Source: Myxococcota bacterium
GTDB lineage: Bacteria; Myxococcota_A; UBA9160; UBA6930
Direction of reading: 5' to 3'
Length of the DNA stretch: 64,000 bases
Assembly (NCBI GenBank): GCA_965223415.1
Contig: OZ245002.1
Span: forward strand, 1,568,001-1,632,000
A program made the position numbers and the translations under genes. Below are positions 41,235-51,049 of the stretch, piece by piece; the first letter of the stretch is position 1; each line of letters begins with the position of its first letter. The notes under the pieces are model-generated. The model was not told where the DNA came from, did not search any database, and saw nothing but the letters and a program-made list of their open reading frames with translations.

Positions 41235-42023
41235 TCAGTCCACCGAGCGTCCGAGAGTGGAGATCTCGAAGATGCGGCGTCGGATCTTCTTGTCGACCTC
41301 GAGGGCGGTCACCTCCAGGGTCGTGGTCGAGCCAGCCAGCAGGTCCTCCATCACGAGCCGACTCGGGATGCGCACGCCGTCCTGCTCGATCAGGGACGAC
41401 AGGTCCGCCCGCATCACCTTCCGCAGCTGACCGCCGGGCTCGAACATTTCGCTCTTGGCGGGGACGCAGGTCCCCTGGGAGACGTAGGTCACGACCCGCT
41501 CGTAGGCCGATCCGTCTTCCGGCTTCTTCGTCTGGGCGAAGGCGTCCATCGCGACGCCGTCCACGTCCGTGGCGGGAAGTCGCTCGGTGGCGCCCGCCAT
41601 CGCCAGGCCCTGGAGCTGCTGGAAGTCCTCGTAGGTGAAGTCACTCCCGAAGAGCGAGCCGGACACGGTATGGGAGGTGATCCGCCGGCTCTTCTGCAGC
41701 TCCGGCGAGTAGAGGAAGAGATCGGTGCCGTCGTCCCGCTCGATCAGGAGCACCGCGGAGCCGCGCACGTCTTCCGGACTCAAGACCTGGATACGCGCGC
41801 GGGAACGCTTCTCCTTGAAACGGTTCCACCAGATCTTCGCCTTGAGCTCACGGCTGGAGCCCCCGCGGTCCTGGGTGCGCAGCGTTACTTCCTGGACGCT
41901 GCTCTTCTCCGGGAAATTGGCGCGGACGCAATCGGCGAGGGCCTCGATGCCCTCCTCGGCGGCGAGGGCGGGGCTGGAGCCGAGGAACACGACAAGGAGC
42001 AGGGCGGAGGGGGTGCGGAGCAT
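41235..42023 (-). CDS. Outer-membrane lipoprotein-sorting (LolA-like) protein
   Basis: Signal peptide, SPEDVRGSAVL, LYSPELQKSRRI, LFGSDFTYEDF. Typical MMPL partner. Confidence 0.85.
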   Translation of the reverse strand: MLRTPSALLLVVFLGSSPALAAEEGIEALADCVRANFPEKSSVQEVTLRTQDRGGSSRELKAKIWWNRFKEKRSRARIQVLSPEDVRGSAVLLIERDDGTDLFLYSPELQKSRRITSHTVSGSLFGSDFTYEDFQQLQGLAMAGATERLPATDVDGVAMDAFAQTKKPEDGSAYERVVTYVSQGTCVPAKSEMFEPGGQLRKVMRADLSSLIEQDGVRIPSRLVMEDLLAGSTTTLEVTALEVDKKIRRRIFEISTLGRSVD

Positions 42024-42295
42024 GCCCGGGAGGGTAGGCCCGCTGGTACCCCGCGCTCAACCCGAGCGGGTCTGCTCCCATTCTTCAAGCTCCAACACGG
42101 CGATGACGTCCGGGAGAGAAGGCACGCCGAACCGCCTCGCATGCAGAAGGCGGGCGCCAGCGACGACGGATGCCAGGCCGGAGGAATGGAAGCCGCGGCT
42201 ACGAGGCCAACGAGCGCGAAAGCTGCTGGTCGCCCTGCGGCGCTGCTAGGCGGGCCGAACGGCGGGGGAACCGCCGAGCCCGGCGGCGGACGCGG

Positions 42296-42380
<85 letters not shown>

Positions 42381-42797
42381 GGGGGAGAAGGGTAGCAAGG
42401 GCGGTCAGTTGCAGAGGCGCCGCAAACACCCCGCGGGTGTGACGTCGCTTGTTGCTGCTCCTGCCTCTCGCGTATCGTGTACAGACGGCGCTTCCGTACA
42501 TGGCTACAAGCCAAGCTCCTGACGAATCGCTGCGACTCGAATAGGTCCTGGAGGGGGAGTGAGTGAGCCCCGGTGGTTCCCGAGTAGCTGAGAGGCCGCC
42601 CAGACGATCTGCAGAGGTTGTGCGCCGCGCTGACGAAGCCGGCGCTCCACCCCATCGATCTGCGGCCAACTCCATCTGGGGCATGAGCCAAGGCTGGCTC
42701 GCTCCGATCGCCGTTCCTGCATCGGAGGTCTGCCCGCTCATGCGGTGGATCGGCGGGATGAACCGCATGCAGCGGCGCCTCCGGGGAGGGGAGTGAC

Positions 42798-43377
42798 ATG
42801 ACGAAGTCGAAGTGGACCTGGGCGATCCTGGCCGGGATCTGGACCGCCTTCTTCAGCTGGTACACCTCCTTCGGAGGGCCGCTCACCGACGAGGAGGTCG
42901 CGCACTACATGGAGCTCATGGCGCAGGGGGAGCCTGCGCCCCGGGCCGAGGGACTCGCGAGCATGCGGAAGTGGATGGAAGACGCCCCTGCAGATCGAAG
43001 GGGTCGAGCCGGGGGAGACCAGCGAGGAGGTGCAGGCGAAGTACATGGAGTACATGACCCCGCTGCTGTTCAAGCGCGCGTGCCACCCGGTGTTCTGGGG
43101 CCGCGCGGCCAACACGGCGATGGACCTGATGAACGCCGACGGGATGGAGACCTGGTCCGCGGCCGCGGGCATGCGCTATCGCAGCCGCCGCGACCTGCTC
43201 GAGATCGCGATGAACCCCGAGTTCGCGGGACGCCACGAATTCAAGGTCGCCTCGTTGGCGAAGACGATCGCGTTCCCCATCGATCCCTGGTTCCAGCTGG
43301 GCGATCCCAGGCTCGTGCTCGGCATGCTCTTGGGGCTGATCGGATGCGCGGTTTCCTGGTGGGCCGCCGCCCGCTGA
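42798..43377 (+). pseudogene. Frameshifted membrane-anchored hypothetical protein
   Basis: MTKSKWTWAIL...RKWMED continues as PLQIEGVEPGETSEEVQAKYMEY... in the +1 frame from about 42985. Confidence 0.65.
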
Positions 43378-43559
43378 CGCGTCGTCAGCGCGGGTCCTCG
43401 TCGTCCTCGTAGCCACCTGCCTGGTGGTCGGCCTCGGGCTGTGGCTCGGCGGGGCGCGATCGCTGGTGGTGCAGGTCGCCCACCGGATGGCCGAGCCCGC
43501 AGCGCTGGAGCCGCCCGCGGACATCGAGGTCCGACGGGAGCGTGGAGCTTCATGACGGC

Positions 43560-43862
43560 CTACGGTGCCTGCTTGACGTGGATGTCGTTCACCTTCCACG
43601 CGCCGCCGATCTCGCGCCAGACGGTGCCGATGACGGCTTCCTGCGCGTCCGTGCCGACGTGGAGGTCGACGGGATGGTCCTCGCCTTCCGGGGCCAGCAG
43701 CTTTGCCTCCTTGCGGATCACGGCGCCTTGCGGTTGCTGGCCCTGTCCGAGGGCCATCGCCTTCTGCATGCCTTCGGGTGTGAACGTGGCCATCAACCCG
43801 GCCATGTTCTGGGCGATGAGGTCTTCGATGAACTGGTTGGCAGCTTCCTGGAGGTCGGCCAT
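43560..43862 (-). CDS. Small hypothetical protein (NTF2/DUF4878-like shape)
   Basis: 100 aa, AAGGAG RBS, helix followed by beta strands ending WREIGGAWKVNDI. Confidence 0.7.
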   Translation of the reverse strand: MADLQEAANQFIEDLIAQNMAGLMATFTPEGMQKAMALGQGQQPQGAVIRKEAKLLAPEGEDHPVDLHVGTDAQEAVIGTVWREIGGAWKVNDIHVKQAP

Positions 43863-43889
43863 GGGGGGCTCCTTCTCGGGGTCGGGTTC

Positions 43890-45527
43890 CTAGTTCGGGT
43901 AGTAGACGAACTCGTCGTCGGGCGACTCGGGCTGGTTCAGATGCTTGTCGATCGAGATCGCGGTCGCCGCGCGTGACGGCCAGCGCGGCGGGGCCTGCTC
44001 GGCGAGGTGCCCAGCGAGGATCGCGTCGAGCTCGGCCACCTTGTCGTGCCGTTCCCCGGCGAGGTTCCGCTGCTCGGTCGGGTCGGTGTTCAGGTCGAAG
44101 AGCCACACGAGCTCGTCGTTCGGTCCGCTGCGCTGCAGCTTCCAGCCCTGGTGCCGCACGACGCGGTAGTGGTCCTGCGTCCAGAAGAGCGTCTCGTGCG
44201 GAGTGCCCTCCGCTTCGCCGCGGACGTAGGGCAGCAGGTCGACGCCGTCCACCTTGCGGTCGCCCGGGATCTCCGCGCCCGCGGCGGCCGCCGCCGTGGC
44301 GAAGATGTCGAAGTGATGGACCGCTTCGCCGTAGCGCCGCCCGGGCGCGACGCGCGCGGGCCAACGCAGCATGTACGGCACGTGGATGCCGCCTTCGAAG
44401 ATCTTGCGCTTGCGTTCGTCGCTCCAGTCCGCGCTGATCTCTGCGATGTACTCCTGCACATCGGGGTACAGACAGGTGGGGTGCGGGAAGTCGGTTTCGA
44501 ACATCACGTTGTCCTCGCCGACCACATCGATCAGCGCCGTCGGTGCGATCCTCTCGAACCAGAAGCACCCCCAGAAATGGTCGCGGAAGTACTCGCTGGG
44601 CTCCTTCTGCAACGGCTGCTCCTGCTGGGAGCCGGTCTCATGCCATTCATAGTCGAGCGCTTCGAGCACGAAGGGGATCCAGCCGATGCCGCTCTCGACG
44701 GAGACGCACTTCAGGTTGGGGCAGCGGTCGAACACGCCGCTGTAGATCATGTTCGCGATCACACGCGAGTTCTCGATGAAGAGCGCCGCGCTGCCGAGCG
44801 CGAGCCTGCGGCGCATGCCGTTGCTGGCCCAGGCCGCACGACCGAACATGTTGAACGAGGTCTCGCTGGCCCCGATGTGGAAATTGATCGGCATGTCGGC
44901 GGCGTCTGCCGCTTCCCAGAAGGGAAGCCAGGCGGGATCACCGAGGTCGGGCAGCCCGACGCTGTCGGGGTCGCTGCACATCACGATTCCGCGCAGACCC
45001 ATCTGCTTCGCGCGCTCGAGCTCGGCGACGCTCTGCTCGATGTTCCACCACGGCATGAGCGCCATCGGAAGCAGACGGTCGTTCGAGTCGGCCTGGATCT
45101 CGGCCATTGCCTCGTTGTAGATCTGGGCGCACGAGAGCCGCAGCCCTGCATCCTCGACCTTCATGAAGTTCTGGCTGCCGAAGCCGGCGACGTTCGGGTA
45201 GAGGATCTGCGCGTACAGCCCGGACTGGTCCATCACCTCGACGCGCGCCTTCATGTCGTACGACGCGAGGTGCACGTCCTCGATCTGCCAGCCGAAGAAC
45301 TCGGTCCCTCGTGACTTCGAGCCGTCACGGGCGATCACGCTCGTCGGGATGGCGGTCTGAAGCTGGATGTCACCATCGACGATCCAGGCGCGCTCGGCGC
45401 CCGTGCCCTTCACCTGAGGGACACGGTCCTTGAGCGAAGCTGGGGCTCGAGCCGTCCAGAGGTCGTGCGGTTCGGTGATGTGGGCATCGACGTCGATGAC
45501 CGAGAGATCGCTTGCGACTGCAGCCAT
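43890..45527 (-). CDS. Chimeric ORF: amidohydrolase_2 family enzyme fused in frame to the C-terminal part of a sulfatase
   Basis: IDVDAH, NFHIG, VESGIGW, FETDFPH, RKIF, followed directly by EGGIHVPYMLRWP, DIFATA, VDGVDLLP, WKL, LFDLNTDPTEQRNLA. Confidence 0.8.
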   Translation of the reverse strand: MAAVASDLSVIDVDAHITEPHDLWTARAPASLKDRVPQVKGTGAERAWIVDGDIQLQTAIPTSVIARDGSKSRGTEFFGWQIEDVHLASYDMKARVEVMDQSGLYAQILYPNVAGFGSQNFMKVEDAGLRLSCAQIYNEAMAEIQADSNDRLLPMALMPWWNIEQSVAELERAKQMGLRGIVMCSDPDSVGLPDLGDPAWLPFWEAADAADMPINFHIGASETSFNMFGRAAWASNGMRRRLALGSAALFIENSRVIANMIYSGVFDRCPNLKCVSVESGIGWIPFVLEALDYEWHETGSQQEQPLQKEPSEYFRDHFWGCFWFERIAPTALIDVVGEDNVMFETDFPHPTCLYPDVQEYIAEISADWSDERKRKIFEGGIHVPYMLRWPARVAPGRRYGEAVHHFDIFATAAAAAGAEIPGDRKVDGVDLLPYVRGEAEGTPHETLFWTQDHYRVVRHQGWKLQRSGPNDELVWLFDLNTDPTEQRNLAGERHDKVAELDAILAGHLAEQAPPRWPSRAATAISIDKHLNQPESPDDEFVYYPN

Positions 45528-45729
45528 GGGGTCCTCGAATGACTCGCGGGCGCGAAGGCGCCGCCTCTCGGATGGTACCCCGTCCCCTCGACCAGCCAGC
45601 CAGGAGAAGCTCATGGGCAGCCTGACCGACGGGATCCATGGAGGCCGTCGCGAGCGTCGCCAGACCTGCCAGCGGGCCCGGGCGTTGCGGGATGCTACCG
45701 CTACGTGGTGACGGCGCCGCGCACAGCGC

Positions 45730-47400
45730 CTATCGGAAAACGACCGGAGGCCGATGGGGAAGGTCAGCTGGCGGGACGCGATGATGGCCGGTGGCCGGTC
45801 CCACCCCCTTCATCTTGCGGGCCACGCGCTCGGCGACCATGACGCAGCCGAGGTAGGTGTTGCCGGCCGGGATCGTCGGCATCACCGATGCATCGGCGAC
45901 GCGCAGGTTGGGGATGCCGTGCACCCGACAGTCGGCATCGAGGACCGGGCCCATCGGACAGGTGCCGACCATGTGGCCATAGCTCATCGTGTTACGCTCG
46001 AGCGCGGTGGCGATCGCGTCCTCCGCCCCGAGATCGTGGGGGAACAGGGGCTGCGCCTCCAACGCCAGGTAGGCGGCGGAGCGTTCCCAGGCCGCGAGCT
46101 GGTCGAAGGCGTGGCGCAGCCGCTGGGGTGCGTCTTCCGGAAGCGGCGGGGCCACGACCGTGGGGCCGGCCTCGGGCGTGCTACCCAGCCTGATGCTGCC
46201 GCGACCGCTCGAGCGCAGCAGGAAGACGGCGAGCACGAACATGGTGGACGCGGCGGTTGGCGTGGCCAGGAACTTCATGGCACCCCACGAGGCCCTCCAT
46301 CCCGGGTTGGTGCTCTCGTTCCTGGATCGCGCCATGAAGCGCAGCTTCTCCTTGAAGGTGAGAGGATTCTCCTCGGGGTCATGGACCGAGATGGGCATCA
46401 GGTGGTAGTCGACGTCCTTCCCGTTCGACGCGCCGACGAGAACGATCTGTGCGGGCCCGGCGATGCCACCCCGCGGCCCGTCGTGGCGGTAGGGAATGCC
46501 GGCACCGAGGTGATCGCTCATCGTCGACCCCACCGGAAGATCGGTATGAACGGGGATGCCGTGCTCCGCGAGGTGCTCCTTCGGCCCGACCCCGGATCGA
46601 AGCAGCATCGTCGGGGACCAGAGCGCCCCGGCCGCGATCACCACTTCGTCCGCCTCGATCTCCTCACCGCTCGTCAGCACCACACCCTTCGCGCGTCCAG
46701 CCTCGATCTCGATCGTCGCGACCTCGGCGTTCGTCCGGATCGCGAGATTGTCGCGCGTGCGCACCTCGGAGCGGAGGTAGGCGAGACTCGTCGAGACCCG
46801 CCGCACCTGCTCGTCGATCGTCACCGGGAAGATTCCGATGCCCGGAAGCTCGCTCGGATCGTTGATGTCGGCTGAGGCCGGCTGGCCAGCCTCGATCATC
46901 CCGTCGTAGAACGCGGCCTGGCTGCGGCTGATCTCGTCCTTGCGCCATCGGCGGACAGGCAGCGGCCCGTCGCCCCCGTGGATCGGCGAGGCGCCGAAGT
47001 CCATATCCCGCTCTGCCGCCATGAACGTGCTCTTGACGTCGTCCCAGCCCCAACCGTCGAGGCCGGCATCGGCCCAGGCGTCGTAGTCGGCCGGCTGTCC
47101 GCGCAGTGTCGCCAACCCGTTGACCGCGGAGGTCCCGCCCAGGAGGCGCCCCTGGACCATCGAGATCGGGCCCGTCTCCGTGGCCATCGCCGTGGGTACG
47201 AGGTGCTCCTCCACGTCCGTCCAGTTCCGGGAGGCACGGCGAGGCTCGAGGACGGCCTCGTCGTACGCATCGTGATCGGGGCCCGCCTCCAGCAGCGTCA
47301 CCGAGTGGTTGGCGTCTTCGCTGAGCCGCGCCGCGAGCACGCAGCCCGAGGTCCCTCCACCAACGACGACGATGTGCCGCTTCCGATCGGCCGTCTCCAT
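45730..47400 (-). CDS. GMC oxidoreductase (choline dehydrogenase/MftG-like)
   Basis: VGGGTSG, LLEAG, GRLLGGTSAVN, SPTMLLRSGVG, HMVGTCPMG, VADASVMP...NT. Confidence 0.92.
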   Translation of the reverse strand: METADRKRHIVVVGGGTSGCVLAARLSEDANHSVTLLEAGPDHDAYDEAVLEPRRASRNWTDVEEHLVPTAMATETGPISMVQGRLLGGTSAVNGLATLRGQPADYDAWADAGLDGWGWDDVKSTFMAAERDMDFGASPIHGGDGPLPVRRWRKDEISRSQAAFYDGMIEAGQPASADINDPSELPGIGIFPVTIDEQVRRVSTSLAYLRSEVRTRDNLAIRTNAEVATIEIEAGRAKGVVLTSGEEIEADEVVIAAGALWSPTMLLRSGVGPKEHLAEHGIPVHTDLPVGSTMSDHLGAGIPYRHDGPRGGIAGPAQIVLVGASNGKDVDYHLMPISVHDPEENPLTFKEKLRFMARSRNESTNPGWRASWGAMKFLATPTAASTMFVLAVFLLRSSGRGSIRLGSTPEAGPTVVAPPLPEDAPQRLRHAFDQLAAWERSAAYLALEAQPLFPHDLGAEDAIATALERNTMSYGHMVGTCPMGPVLDADCRVHGIPNLRVADASVMPTIPAGNTYLGCVMVAERVARKMKGVGPATGHHRVPPADLPHRPPVVFR

Positions 47401-47688
47401 GCCATGGCCTCCTGCCGGTGGCGTCGTGCGCCCCCAGCAGCCTACCTCACCGACGCCCCACGCGAGGGTGCCGTCGGTCAGGGCAACAGCACGGCAAGGC
47501 ACTGGCGGAACCCGCGCTCCTCGTCGCTGCGGACGTCGCGGGTCCCATCGACTAGCACCAGGCCCTCCTCGTGCCGCTGGAAGCCTGCTTGCGCGATCAT
47601 CCCTACCGGCTGGGCGGCCACCCCTCGGCGGCCGACGACTCCTCACTCCTCTCGTCCGGGTTTCGCCGGGCGGGTACGGCGGAAGGGG

Positions 47689-47937
47689 TACTCCCAGGCG
47701 TTCGACCTCAACGCCGTGGGCGGGATGGCCGGCGTGCCCCTGGCCCCAGGCTGGACGCACACCAGCGAGCTGCTGACTTCGCCCTTCGTCCTCAATACGC
47801 CCGGCGGCGTCGCCAGCGTGCTCGCGCCCGGTGGCGGCCCCTCGGCCTGGCAGAAGATCGTCGTGCCGGAACCGGCCCTCGTCGCGCTCGCGCTGGCCGC
47901 AGGGTTCGCCTCAGCGCGTCGGCGAGCACGCAGCTAG
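47689..47937 (+). pseudogene. C-terminal remnant of a PEP-CTERM protein
   Basis: VPEP, a hydrophobic helix, then RRRARS*. No start or signal peptide in frame. Confidence 0.6.
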
Positions 47938-49196
47938 CCGGGCTTCGACTCCGAAATTTCGTAGCGCACCTGCAGGTGCTTCAGGCCCGGCACCAGGTTG
48001 GACGCGACGCGCTGCGGCTCGCTCGCCAGCTCGATCGATTCGATGCGCGGGATCAGCTCGCTGTAGAGCGCACCGGTCGTCATCCGCGCCAGGTTCGAGC
48101 CGATGCAGAAGTGCTCACCGATGCCGAAGCCGAGATGGGGGTTCTTCTTGCGGTCGACCCGAAACGCATGCGGCTCGTCGAAGACCTCTTCGTCCCGGTT
48201 CGCCGACGCGTAGAAGAGCACGATCGCGTCGCCGGCCTTGATCGTCTTGCCTCGTAGCTCGTAGTCAACCTGGGCGGTACGCACCATCGTGTTCACCGGC
48301 GTCACGTACCGGATGATCTCGTTGACGGCCTGCTTCTCGATCGAGAGGTCGGCTTTCCAGTTGGCGATCTGTTCCGGGTTCTCGATGAGCGCACGGAGCC
48401 CACCGCCAATTCCTCCGCGCGTGGTCTCGTGCCCCGCGGTGAAGGTGATCAGGAAGTAGCCGAGCGTGTCGCCGGGGCTCATCGGCTCGCCGTCGACGGT
48501 GGCGTTGGCGATCACGCTCGAGAGGTCGTCGGTCGGGTTCGCGCGGCGATCCTCGATGATGCCCGAGAAGAACTGGAACATCTCCAGGCCGAGTTCCATC
48601 ATCCGCGTCTTGCGGTCCGGGTCACGCTGGAACTCGGGATCCGCGCTCCCGAAGAGCTCGTTCGTCAGCTTCAGGATCAGCGGCTCGTCGGACTCGGGCA
48701 TGCCCAGGATCCGGCAGATGATCTTCAGCGGGTGGATGTTCGCGACGTCCGTGATGAAGTCGCACTCGTCGCGCGCCGCCATCTCGTCGATCAGTCCCTT
48801 CGCGGTCTCGTCGATTGCCGGCTTCAGCTTCTTGATCACGTTCGGCGTGAACGCGTGGGCCGCGACCTTCCGGAGCTTGCGATGGTCGTCGCCATCCATC
48901 TGGATGATCGTGCGCATCGTCCCCATGAAGCCGCCCTCGCCCTGCATTCGCTCCGCCTCGAGCTCCTGCTCGAGCGGGTTGATCACCATACGCGGGTGGT
49001 TCGTGAACTTCTCGGGCTGCTTCGAGATCTCGATGACGTCGGCGTGCTTCGTCACCGCCCAGAAGGGCCTCCACCCGGGGAGGTCGAACCTGTGAAGCGG
49101 GTCGTTCGCCCGAAGCTCGTTCCAGATGTCGTGCGGGTAGCCGTGCTCGGCGTAGGCCGACGGCTCCACCAGCCTGAGTCCGTCCAATTCGTTCAT
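47934..49196 (-). CDS. Cytochrome P450
   Basis: AGHETT I-helix, EIIR ExxR, SANRDE, HLGFGIGEHFCIG heme motif. Confidence 0.95.
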   Translation of the reverse strand: MNELDGLRLVEPSAYAEHGYPHDIWNELRANDPLHRFDLPGWRPFWAVTKHADVIEISKQPEKFTNHPRMVINPLEQELEAERMQGEGGFMGTMRTIIQMDGDDHRKLRKVAAHAFTPNVIKKLKPAIDETAKGLIDEMAARDECDFITDVANIHPLKIICRILGMPESDEPLILKLTNELFGSADPEFQRDPDRKTRMMELGLEMFQFFSGIIEDRRANPTDDLSSVIANATVDGEPMSPGDTLGYFLITFTAGHETTRGGIGGGLRALIENPEQIANWKADLSIEKQAVNEIIRYVTPVNTMVRTAQVDYELRGKTIKAGDAIVLFYASANRDEEVFDEPHAFRVDRKKNPHLGFGIGEHFCIGSNLARMTTGALYSELIPRIESIELASEPQRVASNLVPGLKHLQVRYEISESKPG

Positions 49197-49197
49197 C

Positions 49198-49854
49198 TCA
49201 TCCTCCGGCGGGTCGCGCTCCGGCCGTACCCGGGCTCGTTTGGGGAAACAGGTGCTCGAAGTAGTCGAGCAGGAAACGGGTCTGGCGCCGCAACGCGTCC
49301 GGTGCGAGCGGGTCGGTGCCGCTCGTCTCGCGGAGCAGAGCCGCGAGTGCGAAGTGACCGAACACGACCTGCAGGATCGATGCGGTCAGCAGCGGCAGTT
49401 CCTCGTCGGGCCACTCGTCGGCGCCCGGTCCGCCGCGCACCATCTCGGTCATCCGCTCGATCAGCGGGCCGATCCAGGTACGCGCCAGGTGGGCGAGGAA
49501 GGGCCCCTCGCTGATCGCCTCGACGTAGATCAGTCGCGAGAGTGACGGGTGCGCAGCGAGGTGATGAAGCAGATCCTCGATCAGCCTCGCGAGGTCGGCC
49601 TCCGGGCGATCGCGGTCGATCGCGTCGAGCACCCCGGCGACGGGCTGGAGTCCGCGGTCGAGCACGGCCTGGTAGAGCGCGGTCTTGCTCGGGAAGTAGA
49701 TGTAGAGCGTCGCCGGGCTCACGCCGGCGGCGAGCGCGATCTCGCGCACCCGGGTCCCGGTCAGCCCGCGCTTCGCGAACTGCTCCTCGGCGGCATCCAG
49801 GATCCGAGCTTCGGTGGCTTCGGATTGGCTCGTGGCGACGGCGGCCTGCGACAC
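49198..49854 (-). CDS. TetR/AcrR family regulator
   Basis: RILDAAEEQF...VREIALAAGVSPATLYIYFPSK HTH. GGGAGGG RBS. Confidence 0.93.
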   Translation of the reverse strand: MSQAAVATSQSEATEARILDAAEEQFAKRGLTGTRVREIALAAGVSPATLYIYFPSKTALYQAVLDRGLQPVAGVLDAIDRDRPEADLARLIEDLLHHLAAHPSLSRLIYVEAISEGPFLAHLARTWIGPLIERMTEMVRGGPGADEWPDEELPLLTASILQVVFGHFALAALLRETSGTDPLAPDALRRQTRFLLDYFEHLFPQTSPGTAGARPAGG

Positions 49855-49877
49855 CTGCAGGGCCCTCCCGACATGAA

Positions 49878-49891
49878 TGAACGTTTGTTCA
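49878..49891. promoter_or_regulatory. Candidate TetR operator palindrome
   Basis: TGAAC-GTTT-GTTCA in an AT-rich patch about 25-40 bp upstream of the tetR start. Confidence 0.5.
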
Positions 49892-50202
49892 CATATATCG
49901 TGGAGGTCTTGGGAATGCCAGCCCCATGAGCCTGCTCAGCTCGGTGGGTCGATCCTGATGGGTGACGACCGGGCCCGTTCGCGAATCGTCGCCGGCACGC
50001 GCGGATCCAGCAGGATGCCCAGACGAATAGCGTCGGGTCGGCCATCGCCTCGAGACCGTGAGCACCATCGATCTCCCCGTCGACGACGCGCAGGAGGCCG
50101 AACGCCGCTCGGCGCCTTCGGTTGCGGTTCCGATTCGATCCAGAACGGCGCCGCTGAGGACGCATGCTCGGAGCATCCTGGCTGCGATACCCTCCGACAC
50201 CC

Positions 50203-50919
50203 ATGATCCAGCTGTACGCCCTGCCCCCGGCCTTCGGTCTGCGCAACACGGGACCCTTCGCGCTCAAGTGCGAGATGGCCCTCGTCCACCTCGGGGTCGA
50301 CTTCGAGATCGTTCACGAAGGCGACCCCAGGAAGGGCCCCAAGGGCAAGATGCCCTTCTTGAAGGACGGCGACGCGGTGATCGCCGACTCGGAGCTGATC
50401 CTTCAGCACCTCGACGCCCGAACGAACGGGGGCCTCTACGGGAAGCTGAGCGATGCGCAGCAGGCCGACGGCGTGGCCTTCTCGCGGCTCGCAGAGGAGC
50501 ATCTCTACTGGATCGGGGTAGCCAGCCGCTGGCTCGACGATGATTGGTTCCCTCACATCGCTCGCGGCTTCTTCGGCACGATGCCCATGCCCGTGCGCTG
50601 GATCGCACCCCGCCTGGCTCGCCGCGAGGTGCGACGGACCTACCATCTGCAGGGCCTGGGCCGGCACACCCTCGACGAGCAGAAGGGTTTTGCCCGCCGC
50701 GATCTCGACGCGATCGCCCGCAAGGTCGGCGAGAGACCTTTCCTGCTCGGCGACGAGGTGAACGCCCATGATTTCGCCGTCGCCGCGCTCATTGCAGGCT
50801 TCCTCGACAACCAGCCTGCCACCTGGGCGTCCGCCGTCATCCGCGAGTTCCCGACCGTGGTCGACTACGTGGAACGCGTGCAGGCGACGGTCGGCGTCTA
50901 CGCAAGGGCGAAGTCCTAG
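50203..50919 (+). CDS. Glutathione S-transferase, metaxin/FAX-like
   Basis: GPFALK.E, GPKGKMPF, IADSELI, EEHLYW, PFLLGDE...D. Confidence 0.9.
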   Translation: MIQLYALPPAFGLRNTGPFALKCEMALVHLGVDFEIVHEGDPRKGPKGKMPFLKDGDAVIADSELILQHLDARTNGGLYGKLSDAQQADGVAFSRLAEEHLYWIGVASRWLDDDWFPHIARGFFGTMPMPVRWIAPRLARREVRRTYHLQGLGRHTLDEQKGFARRDLDAIARKVGERPFLLGDEVNAHDFAVAALIAGFLDNQPATWASAVIREFPTVVDYVERVQATVGVYARAKS

Positions 50920-51049
50920 CCGGCGCCACCGCTGTTCGCATGAAGATCCTCGCAGGGCTCTTCCTGATACGGGTGGTGCCCCTGTTGCAGCACCTCTGAA
51001 CAGGCTTTGCGCGGAACGGCGGCCGGCTGCCTCGGTCCTGGATCGTGCG

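Noticed and set aside
42420..42795. Intergenic region upstream of tRNA-Ser as a possible ncRNA or small gene
   Set aside because: No recognisable RNA family or convincing ORF. Probably a promoter plus gene debris.
50940..50999. 19-codon hydrophobic ORF (MKILAGLFLIRVVPLLQHL), possible toxin or small protein
   Set aside because: No RBS and no antisense-RNA evidence. Too short to support.
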